From Callorhinchus milii (taxonomy: Eukaryota): a stretch of DNA of 64,000 bases. Position numbers and translations under genes: made by a program. Position 1 is the stretch's first letter. The number at the start of each line of letters is the position of its first letter. Positions 21,318 through 34,559 of this stretch are shown piece after piece. Location of the stretch: assembly GCF_018977255.1 (NCBI RefSeq), contig NW_024705126.1:1-64000 (forward strand), read 5' to 3'. The notes beneath the pieces were generated by a model. It had not been told where the DNA came from. It did not search any database and saw nothing but the letters and a program-made list of their open reading frames with translations.

Positions 21318-22645
21318 TACTTGTAATTTCATTGGAAAAATACAATTCATATTTGTCGGATAATTATTAAGTTTTCATCGTATATCGTAAAGCTTTTTTA
21401 GATATATTACTGTATTTGTAGATTGCAAATAAATTCGTAAAAAATATTTGCTGACACAGATCTTTATAAAACTGAACAATGAATATTCGACTGTTTTAAC
21501 ATTCTATGCAGCTATAGTTTAGCTGTGTAGACGAGTGGTGAGAACACCACCTAGACTTTGGCGTGTTTTTACTGCTACAGGGAATCGAGAGTTACTCGTA
21601 CTACAAATATGGATGAATTGCGAATTTCTATGTTGAGAAAATGTGATGTACTTGTCGCAGACATTATAGACGTTGATCAGTATGGTCACTTTAGGGTTTA
21701 CCATCTTTTGCATGCTCATCTGGACACACTGTTGGGTAATTATTTTAGGCCGAGGTAACCTAGAAGCAGCACCATACACCTATATCAGCTTAAATGGATC
21801 ATTTCGGTGTTAAAGAATCTCCCCATTTTAAACGTCTGATGTCGCTTACGTATGCTTGCATGTATTGGTAGAATAACGATTGAACAATTATATTAAAAGT
21901 GCCTTTGAAATGAATCGGTCTCACAGTTGTTGAATTTTTTAAAATAAAATAAAAATGCTCAGGGACAAGCATTGGAAATACATTTTCTTCAGCCGGTTAA
22001 ACATGTGTTGTACATTAGAAATGAAGATACGAGGCGCTGTAGATCGATGGCAATTGCAACGTATTTTGAAAAACAATAAATGTAAACAAACCTGTATTTC
22101 ACACTTAGCAGCCCTGCATCGAGCAGCCATTAGTCATGTGGCTGTTGTGAAGAACCAGGTTACTCAAGAGCACCCCCCCAAAAAAATATGCAGTCAACAT
22201 GGAAAGAGGTAATGGATGAGGTCATTGAAAGCCCAAAGTGGAGGTGGGTGAAATATTGATCTGCTTTACATGAGGTATGTATTTTGAACTTCATTCGCAC
22301 CATATGTAGCCAACCGTGCTACTCGGATGTTCGGGAAATGATGCAGGTGATACAGAGCAGATGCAGCTTTGCTTCTTGCAACCCAAACTGGCAGCATTTC
22401 GTGGGTATCTTGTCCAGCAGGGGCTGAATAAGCACGAGTTCAACAACTTTTTCACGGTTCATTGTGCGCATGGGAAATATCTAACAAACTGGACTGAGCT
22501 GATGACGCTCATGCTAGTATCAGGTAAATCTCCTAGCGAAGTCAAACAAAATCTCCAACGATTTTTATTTAATTCAACATCAATTATTATCAACACTAAA
22601 ATTGCTCCTAAATGCTGAAAAAGTGAAAATCATGGTATTTTCCTC

Positions 22646-22894
22646 TTCTTGGTTCTTTCGGTAAAGTCGCGTAGAAGGGAAGTAATAAAATAATAAAAAT
22701 AAAACATGATAAAATAATTCTCACGACGTTTCGGCTACAACGCAAGCAGCCATCTTCAGATGAAGAATGAGACACTACCAAGCTAGGAGCTTATATATAC
22801 CCTGGGTTGGAGGTGCAAGAAGAGCGCCTTAACAAAAAGAATGTGCATATGAAGAGAATTTAACATATCATGGAAAATGCGTAGGAGGTGGGCG
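22646..22894 (-). mobile_element. Short PLE-derived insertion specific to copy B
   Basis: 12-bp TSD ggtattttcctc (22634-22645, 22895-22906); empty site near 4751-4762; shared PLE tail. Confidence 0.85.
22720..22765 (-). ncRNA. Minimal type I hammerhead ribozyme motif with intact core
   Basis: The reverse strand reads tcat-CTGAAGA-t-ggctgc-ttgcgtt-gtagcc-GAAA-c-GTC-gtga, giving stem I tcat/gtga and a 6-bp stem II. Confidence 0.7.
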
Positions 22895-23061
22895 GGTATT
22901 TTCCTCAAACAAAAATCCAGTTTCATTATCTTCACCTATTACTGATATCATAAACAACATAATTGAGTGCTTCATATACTTGGGTTGACTAATTTATTCA
23001 AAACCGACATTCGGACCCCATATTTGTCATCTCAAAAATAATAAAATGGAATTTATGTTGA

Positions 23062-26000
23062 TCTTTTTCTTTTTTTCCCTCTATATATAAAAGTCTCCAC
23101 GCGCGCTTGCGAGGGATTTGGCTCTCGGATGGTGGGGTTTAAGAACGAAATAATTTGCCAGCCGGCATGCCCTAAGCCCCTTGGTGGGAATAGGCTATTC
23201 TGTTTAAACGTCCATAAACTTTAAAGTCGTTTAATTAACTAATTCGTGGCATTCTTATTTTAATTATTTACTTATTGCGCAACATTGACCGTACCAACTC
23301 AAGACAATTGCCTGGGGGGGGGGCGGGCGGACCCTGCCAAGTGATGCGCGTTCGCTCCAGCTCACGGGAGACATTTTATTTTACGCGTTTAACATAAAAT
23401 AAATATACATATCACGCTGCCGATTTCTCTTCACAGTGTCATGTCCTCTTCCCCCCACCCCAATGCGTGCAGTTACTGCTATAAAGTCCTTAGATATTGA
23501 TTTAATAGTATTAAAGCGCTTACATAGTATTATTCTGGCGAGGGCGGCGGGATGATGGGGGTGGGGGGTAGCGGCCCAGCCCGCAGCCTGCCAATGTCTC
23601 ACCTCCTCCGGCTTGCCAATCTAGGCGAGGCCGCGGGCTCTGCACAGGACGAGGCGTCACCACGCCAATGAAAAGTACAATTTTATTGCATCTTTCGCTA
23701 AGAACTCACGTTTATTGTTTACTATTATTAAACAAGTAAGTTTACAAATATTTCAATGAAAATGTTTGTGTGCACATAACAACTCTGCTTCATTCTTTAC
23801 TATTTTGAAACTAATAAGTTGCCTAATATTACAATTATAATGTTCGTGTGCAGAAACTACATGTGTGTGCCTAAAGTCCATGTCTGTGTGTGTGAGTCCA
23901 TATGTGTTTGTGTGCGTGTGGGAGCGGTAGTGTAGCGGTTAGCGCGCTGCGCTACGAACCTGCCGACCTGGGTTCGATTCCCGCTCACGGCCAACACCAG
24001 TGACGATTATCTGAACCGGTCCTGGTTCTCCCCTAGGTCGACTCGGCCTCAATTGAGTACCTGGTGTGGTATGTAAACATCGCCACTGGAGAGACAAAGG
24101 CGGTCGGGCGTGGTGCTGGCCACCCACCCCCTCATGTGCCGTTCCGGCCTTCTTTGGTGCTCGCTAACAGCTCTTGCCTCTACAGTCTGTCACATGCTAT
24201 GTGGGGGATCTTTTGTTTGTGTGCGTGTAAGTCCATGGGTTTCTATGTGTGTGGGTCCATGTCTGTGTGTAAGTCCATGTGTGTGTCTGTCTTTTTCAAA
24301 CGGACAACGCCCCGTGTGTGTGTGTACGTACAAGTGTTTGTGTGTCAGTCCATTTGTGTGCGTATCAGTCGCTGTGTGTGTGTTAGTCCACATATGTGTG
24401 TAAGTCCATATGTGTGTTTCACTCGATTTGTGTGTGTGTAAGTGAATGTGTGTGTGTGAGTCGATGTGTGTGCATGCTCCATCTGAATGTGTAAGTCAAT
24501 GTGCGTTTGTGTGTCTATGTGTGTCAGTCGATTTGTGTGTTAATCCATGTGTGTCTATCAAAATTACTTGTCTGTGTGTCACAGTCCATATGTCTATGTG
24601 TGTGTAGTGCAATGTGTGTGTCAGTTTATGTATGTGTGTATAAGTCTATGTGTGTGTGTCTTAGTCGATATGTGTGTGTAAGTACATGTGTGTTTACGTC
24701 AATGTGTGTGTGTGAGTCGCCGTATGTGTATATGTCGATATATGTGTGTGTAACTCCATGTGTGTGTATCTAAAGTGCATGTCTATGCGTGTGTGAGTCC
24801 ATATGTGTGTGTGTAAGTCCATGTGTGTGTGTCTTAGTCGATATGTGTGTGTGTAAGTACATGTGTGTTACGTCAATGTGTGTGTGTGAGTTGCTGTATG
24901 TGTGTACGTCGATATATGTATGTGTAACTCCATGTGTGTGTATCTAAAGTGCATGGTGCATGTCTATGCATGTGTGCGTCCATATGTGTGTGTGTGTAAG
25001 TCCATGTGTTTGTGTGTGTGAGTCCATATGTCTGTGTGTGTCAGTCCATGGGTGTGTGTGTTAGTCGCTTTGTGTGCGTGGCTCCATGTCAGTCAGTGTA
25101 AGTCCATTTCTTTGCGTGTCTGTAGGTCCATGTGTGCGTGTGAGTGAATGTACGTGCTTTATTGACCTGCTCAAGGCCTATGATACCATCAGCAGGCCTG
25201 GCCTCTGGGTTGTTGTTCTTCATGCTTTTGGAGTCCCTCAAACTTTGCTCACGATCCTTAAGGACCGTCATGATGGTGAGCGGCCCCGCGTCAAACTACG
25301 TGGCCGCCAGTCAGAGCCATTCACTCTACACCTTGGGGTGTGACAGGGATGTCCTCTGCCTCCACATTATTTTACATATCTTTTGACCACGTATATCGTG
25401 AAGCCTTCAATGGCTGTACCCGACGAATTACTATATGGTACAGATACAATGGGAGGCTGATCGATGCCCGGGTGCGGTCAAGGGATGGCTCCCTATTGCT
25501 CAACCATGTTATGTATGCCGATGCTCTGGTGATTGCTGCTCACTCAGAGGAGGAGTTGGAGGCACTGCTGCTGAACCTGGAGCTTGCCACTAAGAGGGTG
25601 GGGCCTTACCATAAGCCCCACCAAAACTAAGTACTGCCTGGGTATTTTGTACATCGAACAATCCACCCCCACAACTTACAATTGGTGATGTGGCAGTTGT
25701 GGAGAGATTGCCGAGATTCCCATACCTGGGCAGTGTGCTCATGACCGGCTCCGGTTTAACAGCAGAGGTCTCACTCCAAATTAGTCGATCGCCGCTATCT
25801 TTTCATTGGCTGCGTTATACTGTGTGGAAGCTACCTGGTTTCTCGCTCCTCATGAAGCTCCAGGTCTTCTCGGCCACAGTAATTGCCTCCCTTCTCTGTG
25901 CTTGTGAAACGTGCACCCCCTAATGGAACATCTTCGCCGGTGAGAAACATTTAGGCTGGCCTGCTAGCGATCCATCCTGGGTTTAACCATATATATGTGT

Positions 26001-26107
26001 GTGCGTCTAAGTCGATGTGTTTCTATGTGTGTGGGTCCATGTCTGTGTGTAAATCCATGTGTGTGTCTGTCTTTTTCGCCCGAGCAACACCGGGTACTTA
26101 CCGCTAG
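23062..26107 (+). mobile_element. Non-autonomous Helitron, paralog of 4917-7696
   Basis: Same termini (CTAG|t ending at 26107). Contains a SINE at 23920-24185, the TG satellite and an RTE fragment at 25158-25970. Confidence 0.72.
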
Positions 26108-26521
26108 TACTTAGATAATGCATTCATCCCACTGTCACATTAAAGAAACCTAATGCGTCCATCTAATTGCCTTTTAACTATCCCAAGACCAAGAATTTCC
26201 GTTGCAGCACCAACGTTTTGGAACAACCTTGTTTTCTCACTTAACATAATAAAGCTTCCATTAAACATATTTTGAAGCAGAAAATTAGTACTAGATTTTG
26301 TCACATTTGCCAATGTCATTTGTAAATTTAATCCTTAACATCACAGCCAGTTATAACCTAAACTGGTTAATGACATCCTTCCAATGATTGCTCAGTTTTT
26401 ACCCATCTTCTCGGTTGAAATTGTCTGTGTTTATATATCTAGATGGCTTCATGAATGAATCTTTGTTGATAGCCAGTGGGTTTGCAGAGTACCTTCGTCT
26501 TGGCAAAATCAATTTCGTGTG

Positions 26522-26917
26522 TGCCCACAAAAAGATTTCCAAAATCATGAGCAAACACAAGATCCAGGTACGATTCAACACAGTACATAACATTCGTGAT
26601 TTGGTTGACATGACATCACGTGACCGGACGATACTGGAAGGGGGCCACTGTTGGACGGGGGTCGTGGAGCGGTCACGTGGTTCTGAGGGGCTCTTGGGAA
26701 CCTTCGAGAAGGAGCTCGAGAGGCCTGGAAGGTTGGCGGGTCTAAGGGCGGAGCCAGCCCCAGCCCGGGAGCATATAATGAGGGCTCCGTGAGGAGCTCG
26801 AGGTCGCAGGCTTGCGTTGTGGCCGAAACGTTGTGAGAATTGTATTTTATTATGTTTTATTTTTATCATTTTATTATTCCCCTTCTACGTGTCTTTACTG
26901 AAAGATCCAAGAAGAAC
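26522..26917 (+). mobile_element. PLE fragment, paralog of 8098-8493
   Basis: Same peptide match and tail. Confidence 0.7.
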
Positions 26918-26919
26918 TA

Positions 26920-27857
26920 GAATGCTCTTCGCTATGTCCAACACCACCATCCAGAGTCCGGCTTTCTAAACGTGAAAAACTTTGTCAACCACAACGACTA
27001 TATCATGTTAAAAAATTAATTTTCAATAGAATATGATTATGCTCCATCAATTTTTGGAAATCTGGATGACAAACGGAACATTTTGAGATTGGCTTCAAGT
27101 TGCTGAATGGTTTTTAGTAGCTGCTCAATCATCATTGTGCTAGAATTTTGATAGCAATCTGCAAATGCTATGTAGTGTTCCAGAATGGTGACAAATTTCA
27201 TTTCTGTGATTGCCATTCTTGTGGAGTAAAGGGAGCACCATCAGTGAACGAACCTGCTTTGTCTTCAAGTGTGATACCATCAATTAACTATTATAGTTTT
27301 GCATGGGAGCAGTTGGTGGAAGCAAGAATGCAGTGTACACTTTGGATTTCATTGCTGTCCAGCCCAAAAATTACATAATTCGAACCCCAATAGTTTACAG
27401 TAGACGTAATGAACAGACGAGCGCTGCCAGAACAGGATCAGCTGTTGATACTTTGCCTGTTAGGACTTCAGTTTTGTTGCCAATCAATGGCCATGAGCCA
27501 AAAGAAGATGCAGTGCTACAAGAAGTTCCTCAAAGTGACGCAACCTTAACGAGATCAAGCACAGCACTACGGATAACATTGTCAATGAGGCACATGAGTT
27601 GAAGGCCGAAGAGTTGTCCTGGTTCTATCGCTTTACAAATGGCCAAAATGGATTGAATGAAAATCGTCTGGTAAATATCAGGCCACTGAACTATTTCCAA
27701 AATCGAATACTTGGCAGGAACCATCGGTTTCAGCACAACAATTACGTCTGCTATGCTCTCTCCATGTATGAGTTCTACAGGGTCAAGTCAAATATTTCGG
27801 TATGCACCAGAAGGATTAATCAATACTGCAATATGCGAGAGGATGTTCTTTTACATG
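26920..27857 (+). mobile_element. Degraded Helitron RepHel N-terminal fragment, paralog of 8500-9433
   Basis: ORF 27599-27904 shows the same motifs. Confidence 0.6.
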
Positions 27858-28785
27858 TGTTGAGGTGTGAAGAACGACGCGAAGGCAAGTTGTGTAGGGG
27901 CTAACGCCAACTGATTATTATGGGTTTACGCCTAACTGTTTATTATGGGCTTACGCCTAACTTGGGGAAAGGGTTAACACAACTGTGTGCTAAGCTAATC
28001 TCCCCAGGGAAAGAGTACTGGGAATTCCCTATGCTCTACCCGGCTTTCAGGCTCTTCCCTCAGCACTGACCGAGGGTTCAGCCAATTCGGCCAGCCGGGT
28101 AAAGTAGCCCCCTAGCCTGGCGCTATTTCTCCCTTACCCTGGGTCCCTACTCCCCCACCCCTCACGATCATGGCTCCCGGTGAAGACCCCTAACATGTCA
28201 CGCATTTGCTTCCTCGTCACCCTACCGGCAGGTCTGGCTGACGTCACTTCCTTTCGTGGCGAGTGTGACATGACGTCACCACTCTACTCCTCAACATCAC
28301 CCCCCGCCCCCCCCCCGGGAAAAAAACCCAGCCAACCCAGCTGCAACTACTCCTTGACCGCCCCTCCCCCTGGCAGGAAGTCACGATGACAACGAACGCA
28401 AGTAACCCCTGAGCGTAGAAGCTTGACCGACCGCTAGAACAAACACGAATACAACATTAAGGTAGGCCGGTACAAGACAATGTCTGGCCATAGACACCAC
28501 CCAGCCCTGCAAGCGGTGGTGACGGTGGGATGGAAGAGGCTGGCTCCACTGTCCGTCAGCGTACGCGCCCGCCCCGCGAGTGCGTGCCCGCCACCGGGCC
28601 GCTTCCACGTGTGGCGTCAGCCGCTGGAGCCGGCGATGCATCATCCCGCCGGCGTAGGGCCACTGCTCCCTGTGGCGTCTGCCTCCGTAACCGGCGGTGT
28701 TCCGGGAGGAGACTGGGCCTCCACGGGGACCTCCTCTGGCAGGCCCGCAGACGGCGGTATTAACGGCGGTAGCTCTGTAGGTATA

Positions 28786-30388
28786 CAGTGAGGGAAAAAA
28801 GTATTTGATCCCCTGCTGATTTTGTACGTTTGCCCACTGACAAAGAAATGATCAGTCTATAATTTTAATGGTAGGTTTATTTGAACAGTGAGATACAGAA
28901 TAACAACAACAAAATCCAGAAAAACGCATGTCAAAAATGTTATAAATTGATTTGCATTTTAATGAGGGAAATAAGTATTTGACCCCCTCTCAATCAGAAA
29001 GATTTCTGGCTCCCAGGTGTCTTTTATATAGGTAACGAGCTGAGATTAGGAGCACACTCTTAAAGGGAGTGCTCCTAATCTCAGCTTGTTACCTGTATAA
29101 AAGACACCTGTTCACAGAAGCAATCAATCAATCAGATTCCAAACTCTCCACCATGGCCAAGACCAAAGAGCTCTCCAAGGATGTCAGGGACAAGATTGTA
29201 GACCTACACAAGGCTGGAATGGGCTACAAGACCATCGCCAAGCAGCTTGGTGAGAAGGTGACAACAGTTGGTGCGATTATTCGCAAATGGAAGAAACACA
29301 AAAGAACTGTCAATCTCCCTCGGCCTGGGGCTCCATGCAAGATCTCACCTCGTGGAGTTGCAATGATCATGAGAACGGTGAGGAATCAGCCCAGAACTAC
29401 ACGGGAGGATCTTGTCAATGATCTCAAGGCAGCTGGGACCATAGTCACCAAGAAAACAGTTGGTAACACACTACGCCGTGAAGGACTGAAATCCTGCAGC
29501 GCCCGCAAGGTCCCCCTGCTCAAGAAAGCACATATACATGCCCGTCTGAAGTTTGCCAATGAACATCTGAATGATTCAGAGGACAACTGGGTGAAAGTGT
29601 TGTGGTCAGATGAGACCAAAATGGAGCTCTTTGGCATCAACTCAACTCGCCGTGTTTGGAGGAGGAATGCTGCCTATGACCCCAAGAACACCATCCCCAC
29701 CGTCAAACATGGAGGTGGAAACATTATGCTTTGGGGGTGTTTTTCTGCTAAGGGGACAGGACAACTTCACCGCATCAAAGGGACGATGGACGGGGCCATG
29801 TACCGTCAAATCTTGGGTGAGAACCTCCTTCCCTCAGCCAGGGCATTGAAAATGGGTCGTGGATGGGTATTCCAGCATGACAATGACCCAAAACACACGG
29901 CCAAGGCAACAAAGGAGTGGCTCAAGAAGAAGCACATTAAGGTCCTGGAGTGGCCTAGCCAGTCTCCAGACCTTAATCCCATAGAAAATCTGTGGAGGGA
30001 GCTGAAGGTTCGAGTTGCCAAACGTCAGCCTCGAAACCTTAATGACTTGGAGAAGATCTGCAAAGAGGAGTGGGACAAAATCCCTCCTGAGATGTGTGCA
30101 AACCTGGTGGCCAACTACAAGAAACGTCTGACCTCTGTGATTGCCAACAAGGGTTTTGCCACCAAGTACTAAGTCATGTTTTGCAGAGGGGTCAAATACT
30201 TATTTCCCTCATTAAAATGCAAATCAATTTATAACATTTTTGACATGCGTTTTTCTGGATTTTGTTGTTGTTATTCTGTCTCTCACTGTTCAAATAAACC
30301 TACCATTAAAATGATAGACTGATAATTTCTTTGTCAGTGGGCAAACGTACAAAATCAGCAGGGGATCAAATACTTTTTTCCCTCACTG
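28786..30388 (+). mobile_element. Full-length Tc1 DD34E transposon copy 2
   Basis: TA TSD, ~200-bp TIRs with inner and outer direct repeats (aagtatttga[t]cccc) and an open transposase ORF. Confidence 0.97.
29153..30172 (+). CDS. Tc1 transposase, 339 aa, open ORF
   Basis: [10 protein letters not shown]... with paired-like HTH domains. Catalytic motifs WSDE, HDND and NPIE with 34 residues between the second D and the E. One Arg codon is missing relative to the other two copies. Confidence 0.9.
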   Translation: MAKTKELSKDVRDKIVDLHKAGMGYKTIAKQLGEKVTTVGAIIRKWKKHKRTVNLPRPGAPCKISPRGVAMIMRTVRNQPRTTREDLVNDLKAAGTIVTKKTVGNTLRREGLKSCSARKVPLLKKAHIHARLKFANEHLNDSEDNWVKVLWSDETKMELFGINSTRRVWRRNAAYDPKNTIPTVKHGGGNIMLWGCFSAKGTGQLHRIKGTMDGAMYRQILGENLLPSARALKMGRGWVFQHDNDPKHTAKATKEWLKKKHIKVLEWPSQSPDLNPIENLWRELKVRVAKRQPRNLNDLEKICKEEWDKIPPEMCANLVANYKKRLTSVIANKGFATKY

Positions 30389-32462
30389 TACAGGAGGGCA
30401 AGACAATGGTGACATCCCCGCGACCCCCGAGACCCGGCCCTTCGGACACATCCATCGTCGGCCGTCCCGGAAATGGGGATGAGTCAAGGAAGGCTGGCGG
30501 CGCCATCCGCTTGAGCCATGATGGGTGCACGGTCCAGCGGCGACGGCCCAGCCGGATGTGGACACACTGAGGCCGGCAGACCTCCACCACCTCGACAGGA
30601 CCCTGCTATGGCCAATGTAATTTAGGGAATGTGCCCACCGGCACCTGAGGGAAGTGTAGCCACGCCAACTGGCATGGTAGACCAACAGCCCGGTGTTTGG
30701 GCAAGTGCTTGGCAGCCGCCTGCTGACTGGCTGAATTTTCCAAAAGCTGCTGACCGCGCCTCGCGCAGCCAAGCGAGCGCGACTTACATCGGGAAGGGAA
30801 TGGACGAACCCTTATTAACCAAACCGAGGTCCAGTTGGACGAGCACCGGGGGCTCGGGTTTGCTCCCATACATCAGGTAAAAGGGTGATAATCCTATCGA
30901 GGCATGTGGAGCTAACCTGTACGCGGCCAAAACCCCTGGGATGAACAGGTCCCAGTCCGATTGGGATGTGCTCACGTGATGGCACAACATAGACGTCGCC
31001 CTACTATCCCGTCAGACTTGGGATGGTAGGGTGGGGTGTGGAGTTTCCTCGTCCCAAAGAGGTTACAGACCACCTTGAGCAAACGGGAAGAAAAATTCCG
31101 CCCTTGATCAGTTAAGAGCTGTTCTGGTGCCCCCTTATCGAGAACATACTCCTGTACAAATGCCTCCGTGATGGACATGGCCGATTGGTCCACCATAGGC
31201 CAATGTGTGAATGGTCCCAAAATATCGAGCGCCACGAGCTCATTCACATGAGAAACCGGATGGACTGCAGCGGGGCCCGATCCTGACCAACTTGTACCTT
31301 CCTCCGCGCACAGTCGTGGCAACCCTTCAAAATCAGCGCCACATCATCCTCCATGCCCGGCCAATAGTAGTTCCATTTAAGGGTCAACAAGGTCTTGTGG
31401 TATCCGAGGTGCATACGTTTCTCGTGAATGGCTCTGGTCAACTTACCTCGCAAGCCAATGGGCACCACCACACAATATCGCTCCAACTGAGTATCCCAAC
31501 GCATGAGGAGGCCGTTATGCACGGCAATTTCCGGGCAGCTGACGGAGCCGAGCTCCGGGCCTTAGACCCAACACGGCGTCGCAGCCTCAGCAGAGAGGAA
31601 TCCTCCATCTGCATCTGGGACCATACCTCCCGGGGGAGTCCCAGGCCAAAATCCACAGGCAACGCCACACCCGGAGAGGGCGCCGCTTCGGCCGATGCGA
31701 CCAACTGGGCCACGGAGTCCACTCGGCCTTACAGCGGCTGGAACCCAGGGTACAGGCGCACTCGCCCTCCGGGGGCCACCTGGAAAGGCCATCCGCATTC
31801 CCATGCAGAGTACCCTTCCTGTGGATGACGTGGAAGGGGTACTCCTGGAGCACCTCGAGCCAGTGGGACAGCTGACCCGAGGCTGGTCAATTTGAAGGGA
31901 ATATTGCAGAGCTGCATGGTCGGTCCGGACGGTGAACCGGTGACCATGCAGATATGGCCTGTACAATTGGACAAAGAAAACAATGGCCAGCAGCTCTCTC
32001 CTGGTCACACAGTACCGCTGCTCAGTGGGGGACAAACGCAGCTACCATAGGCCACCACCTGCTCCACCCCGTCGACGACCTGAGCCAGGACAGCCCCAAT
32101 GCCCGTGTCACTGGCATCAGTGTCGTGGAGGAATGGCCAAGAGAAATCCGGGTACCCAAGGGCGGCACGTCCGCCAAGGCCGCACGAAGTGCCACAAAAG
32201 CGGCGGCCTCCTTTCCCCAGCGAAATTTCTGACCTTTGGCAAGAGAGTGGTCGCAAAATTGCGGACGAGCCGGCGATAATACGATGCAAAGCCCACAAAA
32301 CTATGCACCTCAGCGACAGATGTAGGAGTCGGCCACGTCCGGACACAAGCAGTCTTTTCTGGATCTGTGGCCACACCTGACGTGCTAACAATGTGGCTCA
32401 AATACTTTATCAATGGTTGCAGTAGATGGAATTTCTGTGGTTTAAATCGTGAGGGGCATGGC

Positions 32463-32803
32463 TGTAGGCGGGGCTTGATGACGTAGTCCAGGGGATATAA
32501 GGAGAAGCGGAAGAGAGCTCGGGAGCAGTGTGCGGAGTCCGACAGCAGGACCACGTCGTGCGCCTCCGGAATGCCAGCAGCCACGTGGCGGGCCGGAGGC
32601 TTCCGCCCAGCGAGCCGCCTATCAGCGGCGTGCGGCAGAGGCTGTGAGAGATTTGGCGCGAGCGAACACCGAACCGCGCGGGAAGGGGAGTGCAGCCATG
32701 CAGCCATGTTGGAGAGAGAGAGCAGAGCTGTCCATCTTTGAAAGAGTAATAAACGAATAAGAAGACACAAGTCCAGATCATCATTGCAGTGGTTTATTTC
32801 ACA
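32463..32803 (+). mobile_element. Solo-LTR-like insert in the old Gypsy RT
   Basis: TG...CA ends, gatataag and aataaa; no TSD, and it coincides with deletion of the RT core. Confidence 0.55.
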
Positions 32804-33709
32804 TGCGAGGCAATGGATATGCATCGGCCACCAAATCTTGTTTAACTTACGGAAGTCGACGCAGAAGCGGAGACTCCCGCCCCCCAAGGGCTAGTGGACA
32901 TGATCCTTTTCCGCTGGGCTAAAGCCTCTCCAAGGCCAGGGAGTTGAGCGCACCTCCTTCCATGTCAGGATACGCGGCCTGAGCCAATGCCAGGAGGGAG
33001 CAGCGGAAAGCGAAAGGCGATTCCCCCTCCTCCCGCCGGCGTATGGTAAACTTAAGGCGCACCGCGGATGGTGGCTCGAATACCTCGGCCATCTGATGAT
33101 AGGCCGACTGCAGCATCGCCTTGTCCTCCGGTGGGATGCTCAAAAACGCTTGCAACGTGCTAGCATCCAAGCATATGGGCAGCGCATGCAGCGCCTCCTC
33201 CACCGGCCAGCGCACCGACTGATAGGCCGCATCAAACCGGGCCTGGAAATCCAGCCAGTCGTCCCCCTTCACGATAAACGGCGTGACAGGGGGCAGCCGG
33301 TGCAGCCGCAAGTGAGCCGACCCATCCCCTGGCCCGGACTCACCCATAGTGGCAGCCGCAGCCACCACGCCTTAACGCGGAGCCCCAGCAGCCCTGGAAA
33401 CCCACGGGGACGTGGCTCCCCGATCCGCGTCCGTGGCCGCTGCAACCCCCGCCACCCCTGCTTGCAGCGAACTCACAGCGACATTGGCGGCGACGTGCGG
33501 TGTCATGGCGGCGACTTGTGGCGTCGCATAAACAATGGCGCCCGACTCCGGCGATGCAGGGAAAATGGCGACCGCCAGCGGCGTCGCAGAAAAAATGGTG
33601 CCCCCCTGCTCCGGTGCAGCCGTTGGCGAAATGGCGCCAATTTGAAGTTTGGTGGGAGACGAGGCGTCGGAAAAATCGTGATGGTCGTCCACCCCATCAC
33701 ACGCCCCGT

Positions 33710-34150
33710 GTGCAAAAGGACAAGTTGGTGAACCCTCGAATGTTCACAGGCGTATACCTCAAAAGCCTGAGATTACAGTGGAAGGACATCGAGTTAATGT
33801 TCATGACTAAATAACCATGGTACCGTACAAAATGCTCAGCATGATTGATCAGAGGCTGAAACAGCTTAAGGGTAACCCTAAGCTCGACATCCTCCTGTTT
33901 GGTGATCTCATGCAGCTTCCTCTCGTGCATGGCAGCGCAATGTTCGATCAGCAGGAAATGATGCCACCAGAAACCTATTTGTGGCAGAAGTTCTCTTTTG
34001 TGAGCTAACTCAGAACATGCGCCAACAAGGAGACACGTTTATTGAATTGCTGAATGATTTGAGGATCGGCCAGATCAAAAGTGAGCAGATCAATCTTTTT
34101 CTTGAAAGAATTGGAGGACAACGGCTTGGGATAATTTACCCTTGAAAAGC
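33710..34150 (+). mobile_element. PIF1-like helicase remnant of a Helitron RepHel
   Basis: MVPYKMLSMIDQRLKQLK...ILLFGDLMQLP and ELTQNMRQQGD.FIELLNDLRIG across shifted frames. Confidence 0.75.
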
Positions 34151-34199
34151 CCTGCATGAAAATACATATTGAGAGGAAACCACCCAGTTTTATTCAGCA

Positions 34200-34335
34200 C
34201 ATCAAATTGCAGGTCGGGGGTTCGATCCCGACCCTGACGCCTGTATATTTGGAGTTTGCGTGTCTCTCGTGGTCACGTGGATTTTTATCCAGGTCCTCCG
34301 GTTTTTCCCCTCCACGTTCAGAAACATGCGTTAAT
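34200..34335 (+). mobile_element. V-SINE-like tRNA-derived SINE fragment
   Basis: B box ggttcgatccc followed by the core tggagtttgcgtgt...cctccggtttttcccctccac...aacatgc. Confidence 0.65.
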
Positions 34336-34559
34336 ATTATTGAGATACTTTTGGTGCTATAATATCCAGATGGGCCACTTTGTTGAGGTATCATTAATGG
34401 CCAGGTCTCTTTTGAAAAAGCAGTCACTGCCTCAGTGGCTTTGCCTGGTAGGATGGGGTTGGTTTAGTTTTATTTGTGTGTGTGTGGGTTATTTGTTTAC
34501 CTTTCTTGTACTTTGCACTACTTAAATGTTTTTGTACTATTTGTTGCTGTAATATTCTA

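Larger units (their letters stand above)
19169..30388 (+). repeat. Segmental duplication, copy B (visible homologous part)
   Basis: Colinear with 1-12413; differs by copy-specific insertions. Confidence 0.95.
27858..33700 (-). mobile_element. Older degraded Ty3/Gypsy retrotransposon lacking its 5' LTR
   Basis: 3' LTR at 27858-28296; integrase VNELVALDILGPF, RNase H DTDASDTGIGAVL and RELLAIV, RT LRFCVDFRKLN and a gag remnant at 32919-33692. Many frameshifts and deletions; interrupted by a Tc1 and an LTR-like insert. Confidence 0.88.

Noticed and set aside
29069-29152. N-terminal extension of the transposase to 367 aa
   Set aside because: It starts at a GTG; the conserved start is the ATG at 29153.
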